From the NCBI GenBank assembly GCA_963713285.1, contig CAVQLA010000009.1, positions 1,652-65,651 on the forward strand: a stretch of 64,000 nt of DNA, read 5' to 3'. Positions 46,845 through 56,509 of this stretch are shown here, piece after piece. This DNA is from an uncultured Chloroflexia bacterium (GTDB lineage: Bacteria > Chloroflexota > Limnocylindria > Limnocylindrales > CSP1-4). The translations under genes and the position numbers were made by a program. The notes under the pieces were generated by a model. It did no database searches, had not been told where the DNA came from, and saw only the letters and a list, made by a program, of their open reading frames with translations. How positions within the stretch are numbered: the stretch's first letter is position 1; each line of letters opens with the position of its first letter.

Positions 46845-48146
46845 ATGGCCACCCGACTCCGGACGCCCCTGGCCCTGCTGGCCGCGGGGGTCCTGCTGGT
46901 GAGCGGCTGCTCGGGCGGTGGAACCGCGAGCCCGACCACCGGCGCAAGCCCAAGCCCCGCCGCGAGCTCGGAACCCAGCGCCAGCGCGGAGCCGACGGCC
47001 ACCGCCTGCGAGGCAGCTGCGGCGGCCGGGACGCAGATCCCCGAGATCGTCGAGGGCAAGTTCAACGTCGCGATGGTCCTCATCGGGCCCCACAACGACG
47101 GCGGCTGGAGCCAGGCCCACTACGAGGGCCTGATCTACCTGTGCGAGAACATGCCCGACTCGCACGTGGCCTACATCGAGAACGTCCCCGAGGGCGCCGA
47201 CTCGGAGCAGGTCTTCCGGAGCCTGTCGCGCAAGGGCTTCGACTTCATCGTCGGGACCTCGTTCGGCTACATGGACCCGATGGACAATGTCGCCAAGGAG
47301 TTCCCCGACATCACGTACCTCCACCTGACGGGGTACAAGTCGAACGGGACCAACTTCGGCAACTTCTTCGGCGCGATGGAGAACTTCAAGTACCTCGCCG
47401 GCATGCTCGCCGGGTCGCGCGCCAAGCTCGACGGCAACCCGAAGATCGGCTACATGGCCACCTTCCCGATCCCCGAGGAGCTCCGCCTCGGCAACGCGAT
47501 CATGCTCGGCGTCAAGGAGACGTGCCCCGAGTGCACGATGGACATCCGCTTCATCAACACCTGGCACGACCCCGTCCTCGAGAAGCAGGGCGCCGCGTCG
47601 CTCTTCGACGCCGGCGCGCAGGTCGTCTTCACCGGCGCCGACACGGGCGCAGTCGCCGACGTGGCCCAGGAGAAGGGCAAGTGGGGCGTCACCTACGATC
47701 ACCCCGACTCCTGCAAGGCCGAGCGCTGCCTCACCGCCCCGTACTGGATCTGGGGTCCCGAGTACACCCGGATCGCCGAGCTCGTGAAGGCCGGCGAGTA
47801 CAAGGCGGGCTACGAGTACTTCGACGCCGACGCCGGCGCGATGGGCCTCCTCGGCTTCATGGAGGGCGAGACCCCGCGCATGGGCGTGAACGACCTCCCC
47901 GCGGCCGACGTCCAGCTCGTGAAGGACACCCTCGCGAAGATGCTGGCAGGCGAGTTCACCCGCTTCGACGTCTTCGCCGGGCCGCTCAAGGACAACGCCG
48001 GCAACGAGCTGCTCGCCGCGGGCGAGAAGCTCGAGCAGTCGGATCTCGACCAGTTCCCGCCCGGCGCCCCCGGCAACGAGTGCAAGACCTGCATGTACTG
48101 GTGGGCGGAGGGGATCAACGCGAAGCTGCCCGACCTGAGCCAGTAG
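46845..48146 (+). CDS. BMP-family (PnrA/TmpC-like) ABC transporter substrate-binding lipoprotein, likely nucleoside-binding
   Basis: ggaggagagga RBS. Lipobox LVSGCSGG. Low-complexity linker, then Bmp fold (KFNVAMVLIGPHNDGGWSQAHYEG). Confidence 0.8.
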   Translation: MATRLRTPLALLAAGVLLVSGCSGGGTASPTTGASPSPAASSEPSASAEPTATACEAAAAAGTQIPEIVEGKFNVAMVLIGPHNDGGWSQAHYEGLIYLCENMPDSHVAYIENVPEGADSEQVFRSLSRKGFDFIVGTSFGYMDPMDNVAKEFPDITYLHLTGYKSNGTNFGNFFGAMENFKYLAGMLAGSRAKLDGNPKIGYMATFPIPEELRLGNAIMLGVKETCPECTMDIRFINTWHDPVLEKQGAASLFDAGAQVVFTGADTGAVADVAQEKGKWGVTYDHPDSCKAERCLTAPYWIWGPEYTRIAELVKAGEYKAGYEYFDADAGAMGLLGFMEGETPRMGVNDLPAADVQLVKDTLAKMLAGEFTRFDVFAGPLKDNAGNELLAAGEKLEQSDLDQFPPGAPGNECKTCMYWWAEGINAKLPDLSQ

Positions 48147-48216
48147 GACTCATGAGGTTGGGGCCCGCGGCGATGCGCTCGTCGCGGGCCCTCCTCGTCC
48201 CCACAGCACCCGTCGC

Positions 48217-49809
48217 ATGACTGCCGTCCCGGACGCCGCGCCCCCGCCTGCGCTGCCGGCCACCATGGCCGTCGAGATGCGCGGCATCGTCAAGCGCTTC
48301 CCCGGCGTCGTCGCCAACGACGGCGTCGACTTCGACGTCCGCCTCGGCGAGGTCCACGCCCTCCTCGGCGAGAACGGGGCCGGCAAGAGCACGCTCATGA
48401 ACGTGCTGGACGGGCTCTACCGCCCCGACGCCGGCGAGGTCCGGCTCTTCGGGGAGCGGGTGGACTTCCGCTCGCCGCGGGACGCGATCGCGGCCGGCGT
48501 GGGCATGGTCCACCAGCACTTCGCGCTGGTGCCGACGCAGACCGTGACCGAGAACATCCTCCTCGGCCTCGCCGAGCCGCGCTTCCGGCTCGACGCCCGA
48601 CGCTACGACGAGCGGATCGCCGAGCTTGCCAGCCGCCACGGGCTCGCCGTCGATCCCCAGGCGCGCATCTGGCAGCTGTCGGTCGGCGAGCAGCAGCGCG
48701 TCGAGATCCTCAAGATGCTCTACCGGGGGGCGCGCATCCTGATCCTCGACGAGCCGACCGCGGTGCTCGCCCCGCAGGAGGCGCAGGAGCTCTTCAGCAC
48801 CCTCCGCACGATGGTGGCCGAGGGCACCTCGATCGTCTTCATCAGCCACAAGCTCGCCGAGGTGACCCAGATCGCCGACCGCGTCACCGTGATGCGCCGC
48901 GGGAAGGTCACCGCGGCCGGCGTCGCCATGGCCGGCACGACGACGACGGACCTGGCCAACCTGATGATCGGCCGCGACGTCATCGAGACGATCGAGAAGT
49001 CGCCGTTCGAGCCCGGGCCCGTGGTGCTCGCCGTGCACGACGTCGAGGCCCAGGGCGACCGTGGGCTCCCCGCCCTGCGCGGGGTCTCGTTCGACGTCCG
49101 CGCGGGCGAGATTCTGGGCGTCGCGGGCGTCGCCGGCAACGGCCAGTCCGAGCTGGCCCAGGTGCTCACGGGCCTCCGTCGCTGCACCGCCGGATCGATC
49201 ACCGTCAACGGCATCGAGGTGGCGAACCACACGCCGCGGGAGGTCATCAACCAGCACATCGGCCACGTCCCGGAGGACCGGACGGGTGTCGGGACGGCGC
49301 CGGACCTCTCGATCGCCGACAACCTCATCATGAAGTCGTATCGCGATGCCCCGGTGTCGCGACGCTGGTCGATCGACACGGGCGCCGTGCGCCGGTTCGC
49401 GACCGGGCTCCGGGAGTCGTACGCGATCGCCGCACCATCGATCGACACCGAGGCACGCCTGCTGTCGGGCGGCAACCTGCAGCGGCTCATCCTCGCCCGC
49501 GAGATCGCCTCGCAGCCACGCCTGATGATCGCCGTCCAGCCCACGCGCGGTCTCGACGTGGGCGCGATCGCCACGGTCCACCGGCTCCTCCTCGACCAGC
49601 GCGCGGCGGGCTCGGCGACGGTCCTGATCAGCGAGGACCTCGACGAGGTGCTGACGCTCTCCGACCGCGTCGCCGTCGTGTACGAGGGCCGCATCGTCGG
49701 GATCGTCGACGCGGCCGACGCCGACATCGCCGAGATCGGCCTGCTGATGACCGGCGGCCGGGCATCGGCGACGATCGAGCCGGGCGACGCCACGAGGCTG
49801 GTCCCGTGA
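48217..49809 (+). CDS. ABC transporter ATP-binding protein with duplicated ATPase domains (BMP/nucleoside uptake type)
   Basis: Two Walker A/signature sets (GENGAGKST...; GVAGNGQSEL...LSGGNLQR). Confidence 0.9.
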   Translation: MTAVPDAAPPPALPATMAVEMRGIVKRFPGVVANDGVDFDVRLGEVHALLGENGAGKSTLMNVLDGLYRPDAGEVRLFGERVDFRSPRDAIAAGVGMVHQHFALVPTQTVTENILLGLAEPRFRLDARRYDERIAELASRHGLAVDPQARIWQLSVGEQQRVEILKMLYRGARILILDEPTAVLAPQEAQELFSTLRTMVAEGTSIVFISHKLAEVTQIADRVTVMRRGKVTAAGVAMAGTTTTDLANLMIGRDVIETIEKSPFEPGPVVLAVHDVEAQGDRGLPALRGVSFDVRAGEILGVAGVAGNGQSELAQVLTGLRRCTAGSITVNGIEVANHTPREVINQHIGHVPEDRTGVGTAPDLSIADNLIMKSYRDAPVSRRWSIDTGAVRRFATGLRESYAIAAPSIDTEARLLSGGNLQRLILAREIASQPRLMIAVQPTRGLDVGAIATVHRLLLDQRAAGSATVLISEDLDEVLTLSDRVAVVYEGRIVGIVDAADADIAEIGLLMTGGRASATIEPGDATRLVP

Positions 49810-50939
49810 CGGCGGGGGTCCCGGCCCGCCGTCCCCAGCGCGCCCGGGTGGCCCTCCCCTGGACGGTGCGCGCCGAGCGACGCCTCGAGGTCCCGCGCTG
49901 GCTCCCCGTCGCCACGACCATCGGCGCCGTGGCCGTGGCCCTCCTGATCGGCGGCGTGATCCTCGCCCTCGCGGGCGGCGACCCGATCGCCATCTACGCG
50001 CACATCCTGCGCTCGTCGTTCGGCAGCCTCGGCGTCCTGTCCGACACCCTGGTGAAGGCGACGCCGCTGATCCTCACCGGCCTCGCCTGCGCCCTCGCGT
50101 TCCGGATGCGCCTGTGGAACATCGGCGCGGAGGGCCAGCTGCTGATCGGCGCCTGGGCCGCCTCCGCGGTGGTCCTTGTGCCCATCGTGCCGCCGGGCAC
50201 GCCGGCGATCATCACGCTTCCCCTGATGATGGTCGCGGCGATGCTCGCCGGCGGCGTGTACGGGGCGATCCCCGGCATCCTCAAGGCCGTCCGCGGGGTG
50301 AACGAGATCATCGTCACCCTGATGCTCAACTACATCGCCGTGTTCTGGCTCTCGTACTGGGTCTTCGGACCGTGGAACGAGGGTGGCTTCCCGATCACGC
50401 CGCAGTTCCCGCCCGAGGCCTGGCTCCCCCGCCTCTCCGACTTCGCCGAGGCGTTCCCCGCCCTCAGCGGACTGACGGTCCACTTCGGGCTCCTGATCGG
50501 CCTCGTCGCAGCGGTCCTGGTCCACTTCCTCCTGTTCCGGAGCCGGCTGGGCTACGAGATCCGGCTCATCGGCGACAGCCCACGGGCGGCGCGCTACGCG
50601 GGCGTCAACGTCGTGCGCAACACGATCGTCGTGTTCGCCATCTCGGGGGCCCTCGCCGGCCTCGCCGGCATGAGCGAGGTGTCCGGCGTCGTGCACCGCC
50701 TGCAGCTGACGATCTCCCCGGGCTACGGCTTCACGGCGGTCATCGTGGCCTACATCGCGAAGCTCAACCCGTACGGCGTCGTCGTCGCGGCGATCGCCTT
50801 CGGCGCGCTCATCCTGGCCGGCCGCGAGATCCAGCCCTCGGGCATCCCGGCGATGATCCAGGGGATCATCCTCTTCTCGCTCATCGCGAGCGAGGTCTTC
50901 CTCCGCTACCGCTTCCGAATCCAGCGGCGGGCCGCCTGA
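49806..50939 (+). CDS. ABC transporter permease (BMP system, YufP/NupP-like)
   Basis: BPD_transp_2-type, ~9 TM. Overlaps neighbouring genes. Confidence 0.85.
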   Translation: MTAGVPARRPQRARVALPWTVRAERRLEVPRWLPVATTIGAVAVALLIGGVILALAGGDPIAIYAHILRSSFGSLGVLSDTLVKATPLILTGLACALAFRMRLWNIGAEGQLLIGAWAASAVVLVPIVPPGTPAIITLPLMMVAAMLAGGVYGAIPGILKAVRGVNEIIVTLMLNYIAVFWLSYWVFGPWNEGGFPITPQFPPEAWLPRLSDFAEAFPALSGLTVHFGLLIGLVAAVLVHFLLFRSRLGYEIRLIGDSPRAARYAGVNVVRNTIVVFAISGALAGLAGMSEVSGVVHRLQLTISPGYGFTAVIVAYIAKLNPYGVVVAAIAFGALILAGREIQPSGIPAMIQGIILFSLIASEVFLRYRFRIQRRAA

Positions 50940-51907
50940 TGGACCCGATCGTCATCCTCGCCGCCGGGGTCGCGGCCGGAACCCCCTACCTGTTCGCCGC
51001 GGTCGGCGAGACCTTCGCCGAGCGCGCCGGCGTCCTCAACCTCGGGGTGGAGGGCATGATGCTGATGGGCGCGGTCGTCGCCTTCGGCACGGCGGTCGCG
51101 ACCGGCAACCCGTGGCTGGGGCTCGTCCTCGCGATGCTCGCCGGCGGCCTGCTCTCGCTCCTGCACGCCGTCATCACGATCAGCTTCCAGGCCGAGCAGG
51201 TCGTCTCCGGCCTCGCCCTGACGTTCCTCGGCAGCGGCCTCGCCCGTGTCCTCGGGGAGGAGCTCAGCAAGGCCGGCGCGATCGGCCTCATCCCGACGGC
51301 GTCGATCCCGGTCCTGTCGGCCGTGCCGGTTGTCGGCCCGATCCTCTTCACGAACCAGAGCCTCCTCGTCTACCTCGGCTTCCTCGTCGTCCCTGCCGCC
51401 TGGTACTGGATCAACCGGACCCGCCCCGGCCTCCACCTCCGGGCGGTCGGCGAGAGCCCGACGGCGGCGGACACCCTCGGCGTCGACGTCTACCGGCTGC
51501 GCTACGTGTACGTGTTCGTCGGCGGCCTGTTCGCCGGCCTCGGCGGGGCGACGATCACCCTCGCGATCTCGCCCGGCTGGTTCAGTGACCTCACGACCGG
51601 CGGGGCCGGCTGGATCGCGATCGCGATCGTGATCTTCGCCCGCTGGAACCCGGTCTGGGTGGCCGTCGGAGCCTATGCCTTCGGGACGCTCCGGCGGATG
51701 ATCATCGACCTCCAGGGACCCGAGACGCTGTTCGGCTTCCCCAACCCGTTCTTCGAGGACCACACGCTCACGTTCTTCCTGGAGATGCTGCCGTACATCC
51801 TGGTCATCGTGGTCCTCGTGATCGTCTCCGGCGAAGCGCTCCGGAAGCGGGTCGGCGCGCCGGCCGCGCTGGGCATCCCCTACGTGCGGGGCGAGCGCGG
51901 GGCGTAG
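50939..51907 (+). CDS. ABC transporter permease (BMP system, YufQ/NupQ-like)
   Basis: ATG overlaps the upstream TGA (TGATG). MDPIVILAAGVAAGTPYLFAAVGETFAERAGVLNLGVEGMM. Confidence 0.85.
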   Translation: MDPIVILAAGVAAGTPYLFAAVGETFAERAGVLNLGVEGMMLMGAVVAFGTAVATGNPWLGLVLAMLAGGLLSLLHAVITISFQAEQVVSGLALTFLGSGLARVLGEELSKAGAIGLIPTASIPVLSAVPVVGPILFTNQSLLVYLGFLVVPAAWYWINRTRPGLHLRAVGESPTAADTLGVDVYRLRYVYVFVGGLFAGLGGATITLAISPGWFSDLTTGGAGWIAIAIVIFARWNPVWVAVGAYAFGTLRRMIIDLQGPETLFGFPNPFFEDHTLTFFLEMLPYILVIVVLVIVSGEALRKRVGAPAALGIPYVRGERGA

Positions 51908-51920
51908 CCCGCCGCCGGCG

Positions 51921-52346
51921 TCAGGCGAGCTCGTCGGCCTCGGGGCCCGGGAGCTCCATCTGGACGAAGCCACTCGTGTCGAAGGCGAGCTGCTCCGGGG
52001 CGCGGCCCGCGGCCTCCGCGAAGGGCGCGAACTCCAGGACGATGCGCTCGTCGCCCTCGACGAGGGCGTAGACGATCAGCTGGTCGGGCCGGGTCTCGAA
52101 CTCCAGGTGCTCGAAGGAATCCACGTTCAGGCAGATCGAGACGGGCGTGAAGTACGACGACGTCTCCGGCTCGTCGATGACGACGCGTTCCACCCAGCCC
52201 GTGCCGCTCGCGACGAGGTCGCGGCCGCGGTAGTAGCGGTACGCCACCGTCTGCTTCAGGAGCGGCCGCAGGAGGTTGAGGATGTCGGTCCGGGACGACA
52301 CGATGCCGCTGTTCACGTAGAACTTGGCGGGGGTCGGGCGCGCCAT
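51921..52346 (-). CDS. hypothetical protein, 141 aa
   Basis: ggaggtg RBS before ATG. Non-noise composition (MARPTPAKFYVNSGIVSSRTDILNLLRPLLKQTVAYRYYRGRDL...). No family recognised. Confidence 0.5.
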   Translation of the reverse strand: MARPTPAKFYVNSGIVSSRTDILNLLRPLLKQTVAYRYYRGRDLVASGTGWVERVVIDEPETSSYFTPVSICLNVDSFEHLEFETRPDQLIVYALVEGDERIVLEFAPFAEAAGRAPEQLAFDTSGFVQMELPGPEADELA

Positions 52347-52486
52347 CGGGGGCACCTCCTGGGCGAGCCGGGCCGGGACGATGCGGCCGCTCCCGGCAGC
52401 CCCGGGGACCGGGGACCGGGAGCAACCCCGGGATCGTAGCGCACCGCCGGTGCCGCGGGGAGCCCGCCGCGCCCTATCATCGGCGC

Positions 52487-53284
52487 ATGCTCCTGGTGAT
52501 CGACGTCGGCAACACGAACCTGCGCCTCGGCACGCTGCGCGACGGCACGCTCGCCACGACCCGCAGGGCGTCGACCCCGCAGGGCGCCACGCCGGACGAG
52601 GTCGAGGTCCTCCTCGAAGCGCTGCTCGGCCTCGACGGACTCCACCTCGCCGACGCGGGCTCTGTCGCCCTCGCCTCCACGGTCCCGGCGCTCGCCGCGG
52701 CGGTGGAGACGGTCGCCGCCCGGCACACCCTCTCGTGCGTGATCGCCTCGGCGGGAACCGTCCCGATGCCGGTCCGCGTCGACCGCCCGGGTGACGTCGG
52801 GCCCGACCGCCTGGTGAACGCCTACGCGGCCGCGCACCTCCACGGGACCCCGGCCATCGTGGTCGACTGCGGCACCGCCACCACCTTCGACGCGGTCGAC
52901 CACGCCGGCGCCTTCGTCGGCGGTGCGATCGCGCCCGGGATGGGACTCGGGCTCGAGGCGCTGGCGACCCGCACGGCGCGCCTGCCACACGTCGAGCCGC
53001 GCCTGCCCGACGGCCCGATCGGCCGCGACACCGCGGCCGCGATCCGCGTCGGGACCGTGCTGGGCCACCGGGCCATGATCGAGGGGCTCCTGGCCCGCAT
53101 GCGCCGCGAGCTGGCGGGGGGCGGCGGCCTGGCGCCCCACGACGTCCGGGTCGTCCTCACGGGGGGCCTCGCGACGCTTCCCTGGGCCCGCACGGTGGAG
53201 GGGATCGACGCCATCGATCCCGACCTCACCCTGCGCGGCCTCGTCCTGTTCCACCGGGCCGTCACCGGGGTGGACGAGGCATGA
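52487..53284 (+). CDS. coaX: type III pantothenate kinase
   Basis: MLLVIDVGNTNLRLG... and CoaX family blocks. Confidence 0.92.
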   Translation: MLLVIDVGNTNLRLGTLRDGTLATTRRASTPQGATPDEVEVLLEALLGLDGLHLADAGSVALASTVPALAAAVETVAARHTLSCVIASAGTVPMPVRVDRPGDVGPDRLVNAYAAAHLHGTPAIVVDCGTATTFDAVDHAGAFVGGAIAPGMGLGLEALATRTARLPHVEPRLPDGPIGRDTAAAIRVGTVLGHRAMIEGLLARMRRELAGGGGLAPHDVRVVLTGGLATLPWARTVEGIDAIDPDLTLRGLVLFHRAVTGVDEA

Positions 53285-54702
53285 CCGGGCAGGGGCGCCT
53301 CGAAGGCCGATTCATCGGCCTCGGGATCACGGGCTCCATCGCCGCCTTCAAGGCGATCGACCTGCTGCGCCTGCTGCGCGCGGAAGGGGCCGACGTCCAG
53401 GTCCTGATGACGCCCTCGGCGACCCGCTTCGTCGCCCCGCTCACGCTCGCGGCGCTCTCGCGCCGCCACGTCGATGCCGAGGTCCTCGATCTCCTCCCGG
53501 ACGGCCGGATCGGCCACGTGCTGACGGCCGATGCGGCCGACGTGATCCTCGTCGCGCCGGCGACGGCGCACTGGCTGGGTGCGATGGCCCACGGGCTGGC
53601 GGCGGACGTCGTCACGGCCACCTGCCTCGCCACGGCCGCCCCGGTCGTCGTGGCCCCGGCCATGGATGGCGACATGTACGCCCACCCTGCGACGCAGGCC
53701 AACGTCGCCATCCTCCGGGACCGGTTCGGGTACTCCATCGTCGAGCCGGAGAGCGGCCCGCTCGCGTCCGGCCAGGTCGGCCCCGGCCGCCTTGCCGATC
53801 TCGAGGCGATCGTCGACGCCGTCGTGGCCGCGATCGGCGACCGCCCGGTGCGCCGCCCCGACGCCGCCGACCGCACGCCGCTCCTCCCCGGGGCCGTCGC
53901 CGACGGCCTGGCGCGCGACGCGGACGACCTAACCGGCCGTCACGTCGTCGTGACGGCGGGCGGCACGGCCGAGCCGATCGACCCGGTGCGCTACATCGGC
54001 AACCGCAGCACCGGGACGATGGGCGTGGCCGTCGCCGAGGCCGCCCGCGACCGCGGCGCCCGCGTCACGCTCGTGGCGGCGATGGTCAGCGTGCCGCTGC
54101 CGGAGGGCGTCGAGGTCGTCCGGGCGGAGACCGCGGAATCGATGCGAGCCGCGCTCCGGCGCCTCCTGGAGACGGCCGGCGGCCGCCCGGGCTTCGACGC
54201 CCTCGTCATGGCCGCGGCGGTCGCGGACTTCCGTCCGTCGCACCCCGCCGACCGTAAGCTTCCACGCACCGATGCCGGGCTGAGGCTGGAGCTCGTGGCG
54301 AACCCCGACCTGCTCGCGGAGATCGGCCGCCTGGTCCGCGGCCTCGACGACACCGGCGCTCCGACGCGACGAGCCTTCGACCCGCGGCCGGTCCTCGTCG
54401 GGTTCGCCGCGGAGACGGGGAGCCTGGAGCGCGCCGCCGGCAAGCTCGCGGCGAAGCGGGTCGATCTCCTCGTCGCCAACGACGTGGCCGAGGAGGGCTC
54501 GGGATTCGGCACGGCCACCAACCGCGTGACGATCTTCGCCGCCGACGGGACACAGGAGGCCCTCCCGCTCCTTCCCAAGCGCCAGGTCGCCGACCGGATC
54601 GTGGACCGGGTTGTCGCCGCGCTGGACGCCCGCGACGCGGCGGCGCAGACTGGCGACGACGAGCTCCCAGACGAGCCCCCACAGGAGATCCGCGTCCCGT
54701 GA
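53281..54702 (+). CDS. coaBC: bifunctional phosphopantothenoylcysteine decarboxylase / phosphopantothenate-cysteine ligase
   Basis: N-terminal flavoprotein domain (GITGSIAAFKAIDLLRLL) + C-terminal CoaB domain (VVTAGGTAEPIDPVRYIGNRSTG). Confidence 0.92.
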   Translation: MTGQGRLEGRFIGLGITGSIAAFKAIDLLRLLRAEGADVQVLMTPSATRFVAPLTLAALSRRHVDAEVLDLLPDGRIGHVLTADAADVILVAPATAHWLGAMAHGLAADVVTATCLATAAPVVVAPAMDGDMYAHPATQANVAILRDRFGYSIVEPESGPLASGQVGPGRLADLEAIVDAVVAAIGDRPVRRPDAADRTPLLPGAVADGLARDADDLTGRHVVVTAGGTAEPIDPVRYIGNRSTGTMGVAVAEAARDRGARVTLVAAMVSVPLPEGVEVVRAETAESMRAALRRLLETAGGRPGFDALVMAAAVADFRPSHPADRKLPRTDAGLRLELVANPDLLAEIGRLVRGLDDTGAPTRRAFDPRPVLVGFAAETGSLERAAGKLAAKRVDLLVANDVAEEGSGFGTATNRVTIFAADGTQEALPLLPKRQVADRIVDRVVAALDARDAAAQTGDDELPDEPPQEIRVP

Positions 54703-55616
54703 GCGCCACCCCCGCCGGCCCGGCCCGCATCACCGTCCTCGACTTCGCCCGGATGCACGCCGACGGCGAGCGGATCGCGATGCTCACCGCGTATGACTAC
54801 CCGACGGCGCAGCTCCTCGACGAGGCTGGCATCCCCTCGCTCCTGGTCGGCGACTCGCTCGGGCAGGTGCTCCTGGGCTACGACACGACGGTCCGCGTGA
54901 CGATGGAGGAGATGCTCCACCACACGAAGGCCGTCGTCCGCGGCGCGAAGCGCGCGCTGGTGGTCGGCGACATGCCCTTCCTCTCCTACGCCACGCCGGA
55001 GGAGGCCCTCGCGAACGCCGGGCGCTTCCTGCGCGAGGCCGGCGCGCAGGCCGTCAAGATCGAGGGAGGCGTGCGCTCGGCGCGGATCATCGAGACCCTC
55101 GTCCGGGCCGGGATCCCGGTCATGGGCCACATCGGGCTCACGCCCCAGGCCATCAACGCGCTCGGCAGGGTGCGGGTGCAGGGGAAGAGCCGCGAGCAGG
55201 CGCGGGCCCTCCTGCACGACGCGCTGGCGGTCCAGGAGGCCGGCGCCTTCGCCGTCGTGCTCGAACTCGTCCCGGAGCAGCTGGCGGCTGCCATCACCGC
55301 CCGCCTGCGCATCCCGACGATCGGGATCGGGGCCGGGGCCGGCTGTGGCGGGCAGATCCAGGTCATCACCGACGTGCTGGGGCTCGGGGCGTTCATCCCG
55401 CGCCACGCGAAGCCCTACGCCGACCTCCGGGGCAGCATCCTGGCGGCGGCTGCCTCCTACCGCGCGGAGGTCGAGGCCGGGACGTTCCCCGGGGACGCCC
55501 AGGCGACGCGCATGGAGGAGGCGGTGCTCGACGAGGTCCTCGGGCGCGCCGCGGGCGACCGGCCGGGAACCGCCGACGCGATCGCGGGGGGGATCCCGCT
55601 CGACCGCGACCTGTGA
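54699..55616 (+). CDS. panB: 3-methyl-2-oxobutanoate hydroxymethyltransferase
   Basis: IAMLTAYDYPTAQLLDEAGIPSLLVGDSLG..., VKIEGG. Confidence 0.92.
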   Translation: MSATPAGPARITVLDFARMHADGERIAMLTAYDYPTAQLLDEAGIPSLLVGDSLGQVLLGYDTTVRVTMEEMLHHTKAVVRGAKRALVVGDMPFLSYATPEEALANAGRFLREAGAQAVKIEGGVRSARIIETLVRAGIPVMGHIGLTPQAINALGRVRVQGKSREQARALLHDALAVQEAGAFAVVLELVPEQLAAAITARLRIPTIGIGAGAGCGGQIQVITDVLGLGAFIPRHAKPYADLRGSILAAAASYRAEVEAGTFPGDAQATRMEEAVLDEVLGRAAGDRPGTADAIAGGIPLDRDL

Positions 55617-56509
55617 CCGGGACGGCCGACGCGGCGCCTGACCGCCCCCCGAACGACGGCCCGTCCGCAACCGGCGACCTCCTCGTCGTGCGCTCGCGCA
55701 CGGAGCTGGCCGACGCGCTCGCGCGGGCGCCGCGCCCGCTCGGCCTCGTCCCCACGATGGGCTGGCTGCACGCCGGACACCGCTCGCTGATCGCGCGGGC
55801 CCGCGTCGAGTGCGCCAGCGTGGCGGTGTCCATCTTCGTCAACCCACGCCAGTTCGGCGATCCCGCGGATCTCGTCCAGTACCCGCGCAACGAGGGCCGT
55901 GATCTCGCCATCTGCGCCGAAGAGGGCGCCGACCTCGCCTGGGCGCCGTCCGTCGAGGACGTCTACCCGCCCGGCTTCGACACGCGGGTGAGCGTCGGCG
56001 CCCTCGCCCAGCCGCTCGAGGGCGCAGCGCGCCCCGGCCACTTCGACGGCGTGGCGACGGTCGTGGCGGTGCTCTTCGGCCTGGTCCGGCCGGACCGCGC
56101 CTACTTCGGCATGAAGGACGCGCAGCAGCTGCGCGTGATCGCCCGCATGGCGACCGACCTCGACCTCACGACCGTCGTTCCCTGCCCCACCGTGCGGGAG
56201 GCCGACGGGCTGGCCCTGAGCTCCCGGAACGTGCACCTGGCGCCGGCGGAGCGCGCGGCCGCGCCGGTCCTCCACCGAGCCCTCGCGGCGGGCCGCGAAC
56301 GATACGCGGCAGGCGAGCGCGACGCCGAGGCGATCCGGGCGACGGTCCGCACCGTCGTGGCCACCGAGCCGTTGGCGCGCCTCGAGTACGTCTCGCTGGC
56401 CGACGACGCGACGCTCGCGGAGCTCGAGCGCGTGGACGGCCCGGCGCTCCTGTCGATCGCGGCCCGGTTCGGAACCACGCGCCTGATCGACAACCTCGTC
56501 CTTGGCTGA
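55613..56509 (+). CDS. panC: pantoate--beta-alanine ligase
   Basis: LGLVPTMGWLHAGHRSLI, FGMKDAQQLRVI. Confidence 0.92.
   Translation: MTGTADAAPDRPPNDGPSATGDLLVVRSRTELADALARAPRPLGLVPTMGWLHAGHRSLIARARVECASVAVSIFVNPRQFGDPADLVQYPRNEGRDLAICAEEGADLAWAPSVEDVYPPGFDTRVSVGALAQPLEGAARPGHFDGVATVVAVLFGLVRPDRAYFGMKDAQQLRVIARMATDLDLTTVVPCPTVREADGLALSSRNVHLAPAERAAAPVLHRALAAGRERYAAGERDAEAIRATVRTVVATEPLARLEYVSLADDATLAELERVDGPALLSIAARFGTTRLIDNLVLG

Noticed and set aside
44387-47095. 902-aa minus-strand ORF spanning the TPR-like gene, M16 peptidase gene and beyond
   Set aside because: A run-on of three different frames' worth of sequence. Resolved into separate genes using start codons, RBSs and ATGA/GTGA overlaps. 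The portion beyond 46521 overlaps the plus-strand BMP lipoprotein gene and is not coding.
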